Assembly: GCA_020891255.1 (NCBI GenBank) | Contig: BQFW01000012.1 | Coordinates: 2,418,001 to 2,482,000, forward strand | Direction of reading: 5' to 3' | Length of the DNA: 64,000 nt | Source of the DNA: Entomortierella parvispora E1425 | Lineage: Eukaryota; Fungi; Mortierellomycota | The notes under the pieces: generated by a model | What the model was told of the DNA's origin: nothing | Database searches by the model: none | What the model saw: the letters and a program-made list of their open reading frames with translations, nothing else | Shown here: positions 24,377 through 35,587 of the stretch, piece by piece | Layout: the number at the start of each line of letters is the position of its first letter | How positions within the stretch are numbered: position 1 is the first letter of the stretch | Made by a program: the position numbers and the translations under genes

Positions 24377-26030
24377 CAAAACTTGATAGTTCTTGACAAG
24401 AGAGCCAAAGGATCGGTTAGGCATCAAGGGCGGGATGGATGGAGTTCGTCAACACCCATTTTTCCAAGCAGGGGCATATCAAACCAACCCAGAAAACTGG
24501 TGGTACATGTTGGAGACGAAACAACTGACCCCAAAGTTCCGTCCTTCCTCGGACACTGCCAATTTCGACGCTACCTATGATCTCGAAGAGCTGTTGCTGG
24601 ACGACGAGCCTTTGACGTATAGGTCGACCCGAAAGCGCGCACAGAGATTGCAAAAGGAAAAGGACAAGGCGGTCAAGGAGGAGAACGCGAGACTCAAAGC
24701 AGAACATGAAGCTGCCACCGCGGCTGCCGGCTATGCTCTGTCCGCAATGGCACTCACGGATGAAAACCGAGGTGGCAACTCATACCACAACAATGGCAGC
24801 AGCTGTTATAATACGCCACCCAACTCCAACGAGAGGTCAGGCACTGGCTTGACCAAGAAGAAATCCAAATCGTATCTTAACAACAAGGACCGGGACAGCG
24901 ATGCCAGCAACCCAAGCAGCAACAACAGTAGCCATGTTCACCTCTCGCAACCTCAATCCGGAACGCTTGCGTACCAACAACATCATCAGGAGTCGGGGCG
25001 CGTAGGAACATCTATACCACCAGCAGTACCACTGTCGTTCCCCATGCCCCCACCTCCATCCGCTTCACGTCAAACGGGACAGCCTGTTCGACAGCAAGGA
25101 ATGTACGGCCGTCATGGCACTGTATCTTTGCCTCCCCCACCCACTCAGAGCCCACCGAAGCATCCAGGACAATATACTACAGGAAACCCGGGCCATGTCT
25201 CGATCGCATCGGCCATGGATGGTTATAATCACCACTCTGGCAGTGGGAACCAAGGAGTCACAGCCGTGTACCTCTCCAAACCCGCAATGCCCTCTGCGAA
25301 TGGCGGATACCAGTCGGCCACCTATAGTGCCTCACCTCAAACGGGTGGTCGTCAACCCAGAACTCAAAAGGCAGCGGCGTATTGTCAGGAAGATGACTAT
25401 CAGTACACGAATTCTCAAGAGACGCAACAGCAACACTCGACTACCTCCACATCGTCCTCGTCTTCCTTGTCGAACGGAGGAAGCTCATTGCCACATCCAC
25501 TTCCAGGACGAAACCAACTGCCGAGCTCTCTTCTCAAACATCAACTGCATCAACAGCAACTTCAACAACAGCAGCAACAGCAACATCAGTATCACCAGCA
25601 GCACCAGCAACACCAGCAACAGCATGAACAGCATCATCATCATCAGCCTCGTCATCAACAACAACAGCAGCAACAACAGCAGCAACAGCACCACCAACAG
25701 CACCAACACCAACACCAGATCCAGTCACCAGCACCGCAGCATCCTCAGCAGTACCAACAGCAGCGTCAGTTGCAACCTCAACAGCCTTCAGCTCAAAGAC
25801 AGCCTTCGCCAGGACCGGTGGCTAGTCCAGGATCGGCCGGCGCTGCGCTGGCGTCTTCAGCCAACATGAGCCGGAAGGAAAAGTTTGCGTACCAGATGGC
25901 GTTGATCGACCGCGAGTTCACAACTTTTGATTACACGGTGTATGAAAACTACCATGGCCTGATCGACCCGTTGACCATGTCTGTGGGTGCACCCCCAGAG
26001 TGGGTCAAGAGTCGCGACGAAGGCCAATAA
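22372..26030 (+). CDS. STK32/YANK-family AGC Ser/Thr kinase with polyQ/H C-terminal insertion
   Basis: Exons 22372-22420 (GC donor), 22532-22587, 23473-23672, 23791-24247, 24390-26030 (801 codons). Motifs IGRGSFGKV, ALK, HRDIKPDN, YANK-type DFN, GTVAYMAPE and DWWALG. Confidence 0.88.
25549..25720 (+). repeat. Coding CAG/CAA/CAT trinucleotide region (polyQ/H) in the kinase
   Basis: Encodes QQQLQQQQQQQHQYHQQHQQHQQQHEQHHHHQPRHQQQQ... Confidence 0.9.
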
Positions 26031-26426
26031 TAGTTCCAGTGCCGACCTCCTTCCTCACCCCCTTCCCCATCCCGTCCCCATCCCCATCCCAGGGTTTTTC
26101 ATAGAGACTCCATCAATAAACCCTCTGTACAGTAGCCATTACATCCTGTGTTTCGACCGACCCCCTTTCCTCTGGGACGGACGGCCCAATGGCTTGCATG
26201 ATGTGGAGGAGCAGAGCACAGAAAGGCCTTTTGTTGCCTGTCTTCATTGCCCCTTTTGGGATTCTTGAAATAAGGTCTCTGTGGCAAGTTTACCCTTCTC
26301 CCTTTTTTTTTTTTTTTTTTTTTTTAATCTGTTCGTTCTTCATTCTTCATTCCCTTGCCCATTCATTCCTTCTGACCCTCCTTTCTCTCCTCCCCTTCTC
26401 TCTCTCTCTCAGTCCCCATTGCCGCC

Positions 26427-28634
26427 ATGAGACCGACCTGTATGGGCTCGCTGTCCCTGTCCAATGCTCTCGTCCTCGTCTCCGCGTCCTGTGTTTTCGT
26501 CCTCATTCTCGCGTCGTCCACTTCGGCGCTTCAGGCGGTCGTTGGCAGACAGGTCCCCTTTGCGGAACACGCCGATCCGTCCCTGCTCTCCAAGAACCCA
26601 TCCCCAGAAAGTAACACACCGTCATGGTCGCTGCCTTGCTCCCTTGTGAAGGGCAAGAGGGCCATCAACGCCCGAGGCTTTCGGAGTTGTTACAACAATG
26701 AATTGCCGATTCGAGAGGAACACCGCGTTGGACCCTTGCCCTGGGACGAGGGACAAGAACCCATCGAGGAAAGCTATGCGGGCCACTTTCCTATCCGGAC
26801 ATGGAAGCAGAATGGATACCATGGCGAGACCAGCATGTATGTTGCAAATGCGTAGTGATAAGAAAGAAAGAAAAAAAAACGAGTGGCGCCGTGGGAAGGA
26901 CCGCGCGGGTAGTGGGTGGGCATGCCATTGGGCGTTACCGAAATAACCTTTTTTTACGGATGGGATGGACACCAAATACAGACTGACCTGACCCTCTGTT
27001 TGCTACGGCGCCATGTAGGTACTATTGGTTCTTCCCTGCCATCAAGCCAAAGGTCAAGGACCCGCCGCTACTCATGTAAGGCTCACCCGTTGAACCTCAT
27101 CTTGCAGCGATCCCGTGCAGGCCCTTTTTTGACCCTTCTTTTTTTTCCGCCTGCCCTTGATCTCTCGATTTCGATTCAAAATAGCTGGCTTCAAGGAGGT
27201 CCTGGAAGCAGCTCCATGATTGGCCTTTTCTTTGAAAATGGACCCCTGCGTGTGACTGAGAACGGAAAACTAGCCCGGCAACCTGTCCACTGGGCGGACG
27301 AGTATTCGGTGCTCTTTATCGACCAACCTGTCGGAACCGGCTACTCGTATGTCACCCGTCGCTCCGATGAGAACGATCAGGTCGTGACGGATAAGGCCTC
27401 CCTTCAAAAGATTCGCGAGTCGCTTCGATCGGAGTTGCGAAAGAACCAAGAGAAGGAGGAAAGCTTTTTTGCCTCCAATATCAACCGAGACCTGCCTTAC
27501 CAGTCCGAGGCCAACCGCTTACACAAACAGGAGATCCTGGAGAGCAAGGATCCTCTGTTCTACAATGGCTACGTCAAAGATCAGCGTGGAGTTGCTCAGG
27601 ATCTCTTGGTGTTCTTGGATCAGTTCTATGAGCGGTACCCGGAGCAAAAGACCAGGGACCTGTACCTGACTGGAGAGAGCTATGCAGGCAAGTACGTTCC
27701 GGCCTTTGCCTACGGTATCTTGGAATCCAACAAGGGACGCAGACATCAACATGTTAATGAGGATCCAGACAATCAGGTTGTGGCAGTCAATGAGCAGAAT
27801 AACATCCCACTGAAAGGAATCGCGCTCGGAAACAGTTTGACAGACCCAATCACGCAGGTTCAGATCCATGCCGACCACGCGTTCTATTTAGGATTGGTGA
27901 CCAAGAAGCAGGCGGACCGCATGCGATTCCATCAAGAATTGTCTGTGCAGGATGCGGAGATGGGAAGGTTTTTGAGTAGTAACGATAATCGCCTTGAAGT
28001 CTTTGAAACCTTCAAGAATGCTACAGGTGGACTGAACTGGTACGATATCCGCAAGGGATCAGTTGCAAACGACTGGTCAAGGATGGAAGCATTCTTGAAT
28101 CTTCCTTCAATCAAGGACGCGTTGAATGTCTTTGGACCCCGGAAAGCATACTTGGAGGCTCAAGGCGTCCCGGCCAAGGAGATTGAGAGGATCGAGCGGG
28201 GAAGAAATGAAACGCAGTACATCAAGGATCCAGTGGTCATCAAGACCATGGCTGGGGATATCATGAAGTCGGCCGCTTGGATGGTCTCAGAGCTTCTCGA
28301 GAACGACATCAAGGTCCTTGCGTTCCAGGGCGTGTTTGATTTCCGAGATGCAGTGGCTGGATCACAGACTTGGCTGGACGAGCTTAGCTGGGCGAGACAA
28401 GACCAGTTTTTGGAGACTGAGCGTGAGTTGTGGATACGTCAGGGTCAATTGGCTGGATACATCACCCGTGTGCCAGGATTGGCCAAGGTCGTGGTCCTTG
28501 GTGCGGGACATTTGGCGCCCATGGACCAACCGACAGCGGGCTTGGAATTAATCCGAGGACTGGTGCAGGGGTTCGAGGAAATCAAGCTGGAGAAGATAGG
28601 CGAGCATCGTCTGCGGCAGCAACATGTTATTTAG
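26427..28634 (+). CDS. Secreted/vacuolar serine carboxypeptidase, peptidase S10
   Basis: Exons 26427-26836, 27019-27075, 27185-28634 (639 codons). Signal peptide, WLQGGPGSSS, DQPVGTGYSY, GESYAG (Ser), GVFD (Asp region) and GAGHLAPMDQP (His). Confidence 0.92.
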
Positions 28635-29104
28635 AATGCCACTAAAGACTGTTTTGCCTACAAGGGCTGAGAAGAAAGGGAAAGAAAAAGGAAGTTGTTG
28701 CTTGTCGCGTTCTTGTCGCGTCTGACAATTATAGACATGAGACATTTATTTTTATGGGATTGTCTCACTGGGCGGCGAACAGGTCTGTGATCCCGACCAT
28801 GAGATCTTTGTTCGATCCGTAGTTTCCTTTGGAATGCGCGTATAAATAAACGCGACCCTTGGCTTTCTTTTTGCCCATCTTCCTTGTCTCTTCATTTTTG
28901 TGCAGCGTTCTCCCCAAGTTCCTTCATTTCAACTTCCACAACTGCCCAGAGAGAACTTAAACTCTAATTATTTCTTCTTGGTCGACCATCCACCCCTCTC
29001 TTCGTCCCCAATCGTTGGTACCGCGGCCCTTTTTTTATAAATCTCTGCACGATCGATTCCCAATCCAACCCGCCATTCTTGGTCTTTTGTACCGTAGTTA
29101 ACAC

Positions 29105-31137
29105 ATGGAGCACATGCTCTCTCCATTGCAAACAAAGAGTCGCCTCGACTCCAACAACACTACTGCGATTGAATCCACGACCAGCATCAATAGCGCCAAC
29201 GGCGGTGCTAGTGTCAGTGTGGACAATGGTAGCTCTGTCTTCACCACCTCTGAGGACAACAACAGCAGTCAACGTGGACATCCCCAACCGTCATTGTCTT
29301 TGTCCCTTCCTCCGAATCTCCAACGGTCATCCTCACTGATGTCACGATTCCCACCCTGGTTCTCCAAGAGACGAGGGTCTACAGGGACCTTTGAGTCTGG
29401 CTCGACCATGGTCGAATTCAATCTGAGCTTGAAGGGATTTGGCGAAAAGGGTACCAACGAGAAGAACATGACCACCTCGACGGATACCGTTGGAAATGTT
29501 AGGGGCCGTGATGATGAGAGTGCGGATAGAGAGATGCAAACTGATAGTACAAGACATGGGAGCGAGTCCTTGCGAAAGACCCGACATGGAGGCGTTAGTA
29601 CTTTTAAAACGATCGCGTCGCTCGTGTAAGACAGACAACAGAAAGAAGAAAAAAACCCAGTGATCTTTGGGATCTTTGAAAGCAATTGGTTTTTCTAACG
29701 TCTTTTTTTTTTTTTTTTTTTTTTTTTTATGAATTCTAGATGCGTGATAGGAGGCTCGGGCACGCTAGGTCTGTCGCATGCCGTCGCCGAGTCTGGATGG
29801 CTTGGATCTCTCATCATTGTTTTGGCCTTGTTCATGTCGGCGTACACGGGCTTCGTCCTGATTGATTGCTTATATCTCAAGACGTATGTTTGAACAATGT
29901 CTTTGACTTTACTTTTTTAATTTTTTTTCTTGTATGACAAGAAGAAGACTTGCTCATCCTTGACCCTCTTTTTCTTGACTTTTCAGTGACGCAAGGCGTA
30001 CTACGTACCAGGAGATTGCAAGCGACGCGTATGGAATGACGGGCCACTACTTTGCCTATGGAGTTGTGGCGGTGAATCTGTTTGGCTGTGCCATTCTTTA
30101 CATGATCTTGTCCGCGACGTTGATCGAGGTCATGATCAGGACTGCGACTGCATCGACGCATGGAGCCGTGTACGTGTATGTAATTGGCTGCACGGCCTTT
30201 GTATGGTGCTGTTTGATCTTTACAAAGACCATGAAAGAAGTCGCCCTCCTCAGTATCTTGGGCGCCTTCTCCACCATGGGCGTCGTCCTGATCACGATTG
30301 GCGTCTCGGCTGATCAAATGCTCCATGGCGCTCAGGCGGTGCTGGGAGCACATCATCGGTTGGTGACCTGGTCCAAGATGCCATTGAGCTTGGCGACGAT
30401 TTCCTTTGCCTATGGCGGAAATGTGGTGTACCCCCATGTGGAGCAGAGCATGTTGCACCCAAGAAGCTGGAACAGGGCGCTGTGGTCCGCGTTGTCGATT
30501 TGCTTTGTGATGTATCTATCCATCGCATCGGTCGGCTATCTTGCCTACGGAGACACCACTCTCAGTCCTATTCTCAACAATCTACCTCAAGGTAATCACG
30601 ACCAAAAAAAAAAAAAAAAAACGCGCGCGCGCGCGATCGGATGATTTTTTTTGACGCGAGTTCAAACCGTACTGATCATTTATTTTTTCTTCTTTCCACA
30701 CAGGCGCTTGGTCCATCCTGGCCAACTCTCTCATCACGCTCCATGTTCTTTTGGCAACGCCAATCCTCCTGACCTCTTTGGCTATGATGGTAGAAGAATC
30801 CATCTCGAAGCGATGGCCGACGTTTCAACAGGGCACCAAGGGGGAGCAGTTTCTGAAACGGGCGTTGCCTCGGTCCGTCATTGTTTTGCTGGTGGGCCTC
30901 ATTGCGTCCGTGGTTCCCTTCTTTGGGGACGTGATGGATCTCCTAGGCTCCATGACGACGTGCTTGTTGGTTTTTATCATGCCAGTCATGTTTTACTACA
31001 GGTTGGGGGGACTGAGGAGGAAACCCATTTGGATAAAAGCTTGGGCTTGGTTCATTTTGGTCATTGGACTCATCGCCATGGTACTGGGCACGCTTGACGC
31101 CGTCAGGCATTTGATCAATGACTTTAAACGAAAGTGA
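29105..31137 (+). CDS. Amino-acid transporter, AAAP/Aa_trans family (AVT1-like)
   Basis: Exons 29105-29625, 29740-29883, 29987-30591, 30704-31137. Hydrophilic N-terminus, then VCVIGGSGTLGL, FAYGGNVVYPHVE and GYLAYG, with about 11 TM helices. Confidence 0.88.
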
Positions 31138-31484
31138 TCAACAAATTGTTCATTGCCTGTACTTTTAGACATAGAAAACCCTGAAGACAAAAAAAAAAAA
31201 AAAGAAAAAAAGATAAACACGAAAAAAAAAAAAAATCATCTGTCTGCCTGTCTAATTGTCATCTCAAAATGTCGTGTATCCCTGTCAACGGTCCTCAGGA
31301 AGATGCAGGATTGGAGATTTGATAAATGAACGACAGAGAAGGACCTCCTAGAGAGTCTGGGTCCAGATTAGCATTCTTGTCGAAAATTGATAATTTATTG
31401 GCATTCACGGTCTCTGCGATTGTTCTCTTATCTGCTCGACAGCTTTCCCCTTTCCCCCTCTACCGACTCTTATTTTCTTGGGGC

Positions 31485-33092
31485 TCAGATCGTGTCCGGA
31501 GAGTCCCAAGCTGACTCCACATATTGTTGATATCGAGGAAATGTATCCATCACCCAGGTGCTGTCCTCCTCGGACAATTGTGGCAGACAGCTGATCGATT
31601 CTAAGTGTTGTAAGGTCTTCAATTGCTCCAATCCACGATCCAGTCGAAATTCCAGCTTGAGAAGATCATCCCGGATAGAAAACTGAACAACAAGCCTCCG
31701 GAGTTTCGTCAGACCAGCAAGTCGCGCAAAGATCAAACGACTGAGGCGGACCGTCTCTGTGACCTCGTCGCCCACAGATCCGACAGTAATACCGATTCGC
31801 CACTCTTGCAGATCTTTGCAAACCCAGGGTAGGGAAGTATCGCTCTGACACTGTGCTTGAAGACAGGAAAACAAGGATGAGGATGGCAATGACGATGAGG
31901 AGCAGGGACACACGACATCCCTGACCTCGACCATATCAGCCTTGATAGATACTAGTCTCTCGCAGGTGCACAGGATCAGATTCACCATGGGGCTGGTTAC
32001 GTGTTCACAACCCCGTAACTCCAAGTGTGTCAACGTTCTTGCATGGCGCTGCAACAACACATCTAAAGATGCCTGACCAAACACCGACCACCTCAGGCCA
32101 ACTCTCTCCAAACCACAGGATGACACGGTCCCAAGGACGGTCGCGATCAGACTATCGTCTCTGATGTCGCTGGAAAATAGATTCAGATCTGTAAGGTGGT
32201 GCCAGGTATACGGGGCTTGACTGTACCCTGAGGATGGGTCAGTCCATGGTGGGAAAATGAAGTACTGACTTGGAGTTGAATGTATGTTGCCGACACAGAG
32301 TTTCTTGAGGTCAGGCGAGCGAGTCATCATCTCGACCAACTGCTTATACACCTCTAGATCGAGTTGTGAAGAAGTGATCGCGATCTCTTGAAGCCGACTT
32401 GGGTGCCTTCCGGCACATCCCTGATTTCGCAGCTCCTGTTCCAACGCTGCTTGCGTGCCATCCCGAAATGTAACCTGCAAGAGGACGAGTTTCTCCAGTT
32501 GTGGCTGGGCGCACATCTTCCAAAAGGTCTGGTTCGCCTCTCTTCCACGGAGGTCCATGTTTTTTAACCTCAACTCTTTCAAGGCCGACAAATTGCCAAG
32601 TTCCCTCCAGAGTTGGCAACCAATGTCGCAAAGAAGAAACCCTGCAAGAGAGACCTTTTGCAACGTCTGCTCATGGCGCTGAACCAGACCTTTGGGGGGC
32701 TCATCATCAAATAAACTAGAGTATCGATTGCTTTCAATGAAAGAATCGAAATATAACTCAATCTCTTCGAGCCTTGGATAGGCGAGAGCAGCGAAATGGG
32801 CAGGGATATACGCAGAGGGTCTATATTCCTGTAAGAACGATAACGACTTGACAAAACGTATGTTTTCTTGAAGGGTATCAAGCGGAGGCATTCTTTCCTT
32901 ATTTTCCGAGAATTCCAATGTTGTCCACAGAAGTGGTCGAAAGATCTGGTTGAAGGCTTTGGAGACAAGGCAGCAAGACAAGATGGTGGCGCGATCTTCT
33001 CGAAGGTAGGACTGGATGATGTCCATAGTGTCTTGAAGCTCAAAGGGAGTGAGGCGGAGCCGCAGACGCTGCTGTTCTTGATGAGTGGGCAT
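31485..33092 (-). CDS. F-box/LRR (RNI-like) protein, array copy A (intact, 535 aa)
   Basis: Intronless ORF. F-box-like LTPFELQDTMDIIQSYL...SCCLVSKAFNQIFRPLLW, LxxLxL repeats, and C-terminal PWVCKDLQEW...LEFRLDRGLEQLKTL. Confidence 0.85.
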   Translation of the reverse strand: MPTHQEQQRLRLRLTPFELQDTMDIIQSYLREDRATILSCCLVSKAFNQIFRPLLWTTLEFSENKERMPPLDTLQENIRFVKSLSFLQEYRPSAYIPAHFAALAYPRLEEIELYFDSFIESNRYSSLFDDEPPKGLVQRHEQTLQKVSLAGFLLCDIGCQLWRELGNLSALKELRLKNMDLRGREANQTFWKMCAQPQLEKLVLLQVTFRDGTQAALEQELRNQGCAGRHPSRLQEIAITSSQLDLEVYKQLVEMMTRSPDLKKLCVGNIHSTPSQYFIFPPWTDPSSGYSQAPYTWHHLTDLNLFSSDIRDDSLIATVLGTVSSCGLERVGLRWSVFGQASLDVLLQRHARTLTHLELRGCEHVTSPMVNLILCTCERLVSIKADMVEVRDVVCPCSSSSLPSSSLFSCLQAQCQSDTSLPWVCKDLQEWRIGITVGSVGDEVTETVRLSRLIFARLAGLTKLRRLVVQFSIRDDLLKLEFRLDRGLEQLKTLQHLESISCLPQLSEEDSTWVMDTFPRYQQYVESAWDSPDTI

Positions 33093-33130
33093 GCTCGAGA
33101 ATGAGAGATGGAAAATGAAGAAGTCAATGA

Positions 33131-33185
33131 GGATGCAATGGTGGAAGCAATGGTGGATGCAATGATGGATGCAATGATGGATGCA
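33131..33185 (+). repeat. 12-bp minisatellite (GGATGCAATGRT)~4.5 just upstream of F-box copy A
   Basis: Read directly: ggatgcaatggtggaagcaatggtggatgcaatgatggatgcaatgatggatgca. Confidence 0.85.
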
Positions 33186-33583
33186 CGTTGAAGAAATGGT
33201 GGATGCACGTCGATGAAGAAATGGTGGTCCATGTGGGGCGCGGAGGCGAGATCAAGGTGGTGGCAAAAACACATGTGGCAGTGAGTGATTTTAATGTCCC
33301 GTCCTGTGCAAAGTCGCGCTGACTTGATCCTTCACGAGATATGACAGGCCAAACCTAGTCCTGCAAGTCCATGATGACGCGCGAATACCTGCGCTTTCAT
33401 ATTCAGGGCCGTCATCAACTCGGGTCAAGCGCAACCAAATAAAAAAATTTAAAAAAAAGGTATATATCCTGCTCTGTCCCAGAACTCGACCTCATTGCTC
33501 GTCGATGGACTCTGTTATGAAACCAGCGCGCCCCTGGCTTACTGACTCTGAAGATCATCTTTACAAGGTTGTCAGTTTGTACT

Positions 33584-35184
33584 CTACAATGATCTTTCTT
33601 GGACCGAACCATCACCAAAGTGTCTCAGCCGGAGGGCTAAAGCTGGCATGAGTCGACTGAATGTTTTTGACATCCACTTTAGGTCCTCCGAAGAAGATCC
33701 CTCCTGATAAAACTGGACATCTTCTAGAAGCTGTAATGCCTTCAATTGCTCCAATCCACGATCTTGTCGAAACGCCAACTGATGAAGATGAGGTCGATCA
33801 ACGATTTTCACATGGAGGGTCTTCAGTTTCTTTAGACTGGCGAGTCGTGCAAACATCAAACGACTGAGGCGAATTGTTTCTTCAGTCTTGTCGTCCATGG
33901 AGCCCAGAGAGATACCTATACTCCAATGTTGTAGATCCTTGCAAACCCAGGGCTGACACACAATACAGCGGTCTGATTCTTGCCGGCAGGGGAGAGAGGA
34001 GGAGCATGGAATTGCGAGATCAGAGGCAATGAGTATACTTGCCGAGATGGCCACAAGTCTCTCGCAGTTGCACAGGATCGCATTCACCATGGGGCCAGTG
34101 AGTTGTTTGCAATTCTTCAAGCTCAACTCTGTCAGCGTTCTCGCATGGTGCTTTAACAACATAGTGAGAGACTCCTGGCCGAATTCTGAATCACCCAGGT
34201 TGACCTTCCTCAGACCACAGGACGATATAGAGCGGAGTAGAGTACTGATCCATTTGTCATGCAGATGGTGACAATGGTGCAATTCAATGGCGGTAAGGTG
34301 TTGCCAGGAGTGCGGAAAGTCATTTTTGTCCCAGGAGGGACCAGAAACCAAAGGAGGGAAGAGTTGTCCAAGATTGTACCCGTCCACCTGTCTGTTCCCG
34401 GATACAGTAATCTCCTTGAGGTCCGGGGAACGAGTGATAATCTCGACTAGTTGCTTATATGATTCTGAGTCGAAGCGCGAAAAGATGACGACGACCTTCT
34501 GCAGCCTGAACTGCTTTTCAGCAAATTCCAGATGTCGCTGCTCCTGCCCTAACGCGGCCTCTGTGCCGTGTGACAGCCTGACCGTACGGATGTAAAGTTT
34601 TTCTAGACGTGGTTGGGTGCACATCATCCAAAAGGCCCTGTTCGCCTCCGTTCCTCTGAACCTCAGGCTGCGCAGGTTCAATTCTCTCAGTCCTTGTAAA
34701 GCGCCGACTTCCTTACAGATGTGATAACCAATGTTGCAGAGAGTCAAACTAAGGAGTGAGACCGTTTGCAGCCCCTGACTTGGCGTTGGATCAGACCCTG
34801 GGCGCGCTCCTCTCCAAGTGGAGTGGCCAAACTGTTGGTGGAGGAATAGCTGGTACGAATTTCGATCTTCTTCAACCGTGGGAAGGTGAGAGAGGTGAGG
34901 TAGGTAGGAATATTCTCAGTAGTAGAGGCGGTTTGTATGAACAATACCGACCTAACAAAGTGTATGTTTTCTTGAAGGAGATCAAACGGAGGGATTCTTT
35001 TATCCTCGTCTGAGAATATCATTGTCTCCCATAGAAGCGGCCGAAAGATCTGGTTGAAAGCCCTGGAGACAAGACAGCAAGACAAGATAGCGGCACGGTC
35101 TTCTTGAAGGTAGGACTGGATGATGTCCAGAGTTTCTGGTGGTCCAAAGGGAGTGAGACGCTGCTGATCTTAATGAGCGGACAT
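33584..35184 (-). pseudogene. F-box/LRR array copy B, disrupted
   Basis: ATG at 35184 is homologous to the starts of A, C and D. Codon 5 is TAA (35170-35172) where A has CAA. A 1-nt deletion near 34772-34775 joins ORFs 34744..35085 and 33584..34747. Span is 1601 nt = 3n-1. Confidence 0.75.
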
Positions 35185-35587
35185 GCTCAAGGAGAGCGAG
35201 GGAGGATGGAGAGGAGAAATGGACATGCAATGGAGACATGCATGGCAGAATGAGCGAAGGTGGTCCGTGTGGCGGTGTTGACAGTGGCGCATGCGGGAAA
35301 ACACGCGGTGAAAATTCGATGCCCGTCCGCGGGGAATAAGGGCCATTGTCCTTCAGCGTCGTTTCGATCAGACTTCACTGGAACAACCACAGACATTACA
35401 TCGACTTGATTCTCCATAGGTTATGGCATCGTCAAGTCGAGCCTCCATGGTCTACCCAATCCAAAAAAAAAAAAAAAAAAAAAAAAAACTCTGAAGGACA
35501 AGGAGAAGGAGGTCCTTCAGAAACTTGGAGGACGAAGGACGACTCTTTATTACTCTGTCATGCTCTTACTCTTTGGTTCCAAAAGCT

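Noticed and set aside
33370-33420. ATGATGA box-C-like motif with TGATGACG...CGTCATCA inverted repeat
   Set aside because: No matching CTGA box D nearby; an 8-bp hairpin is expected by chance.
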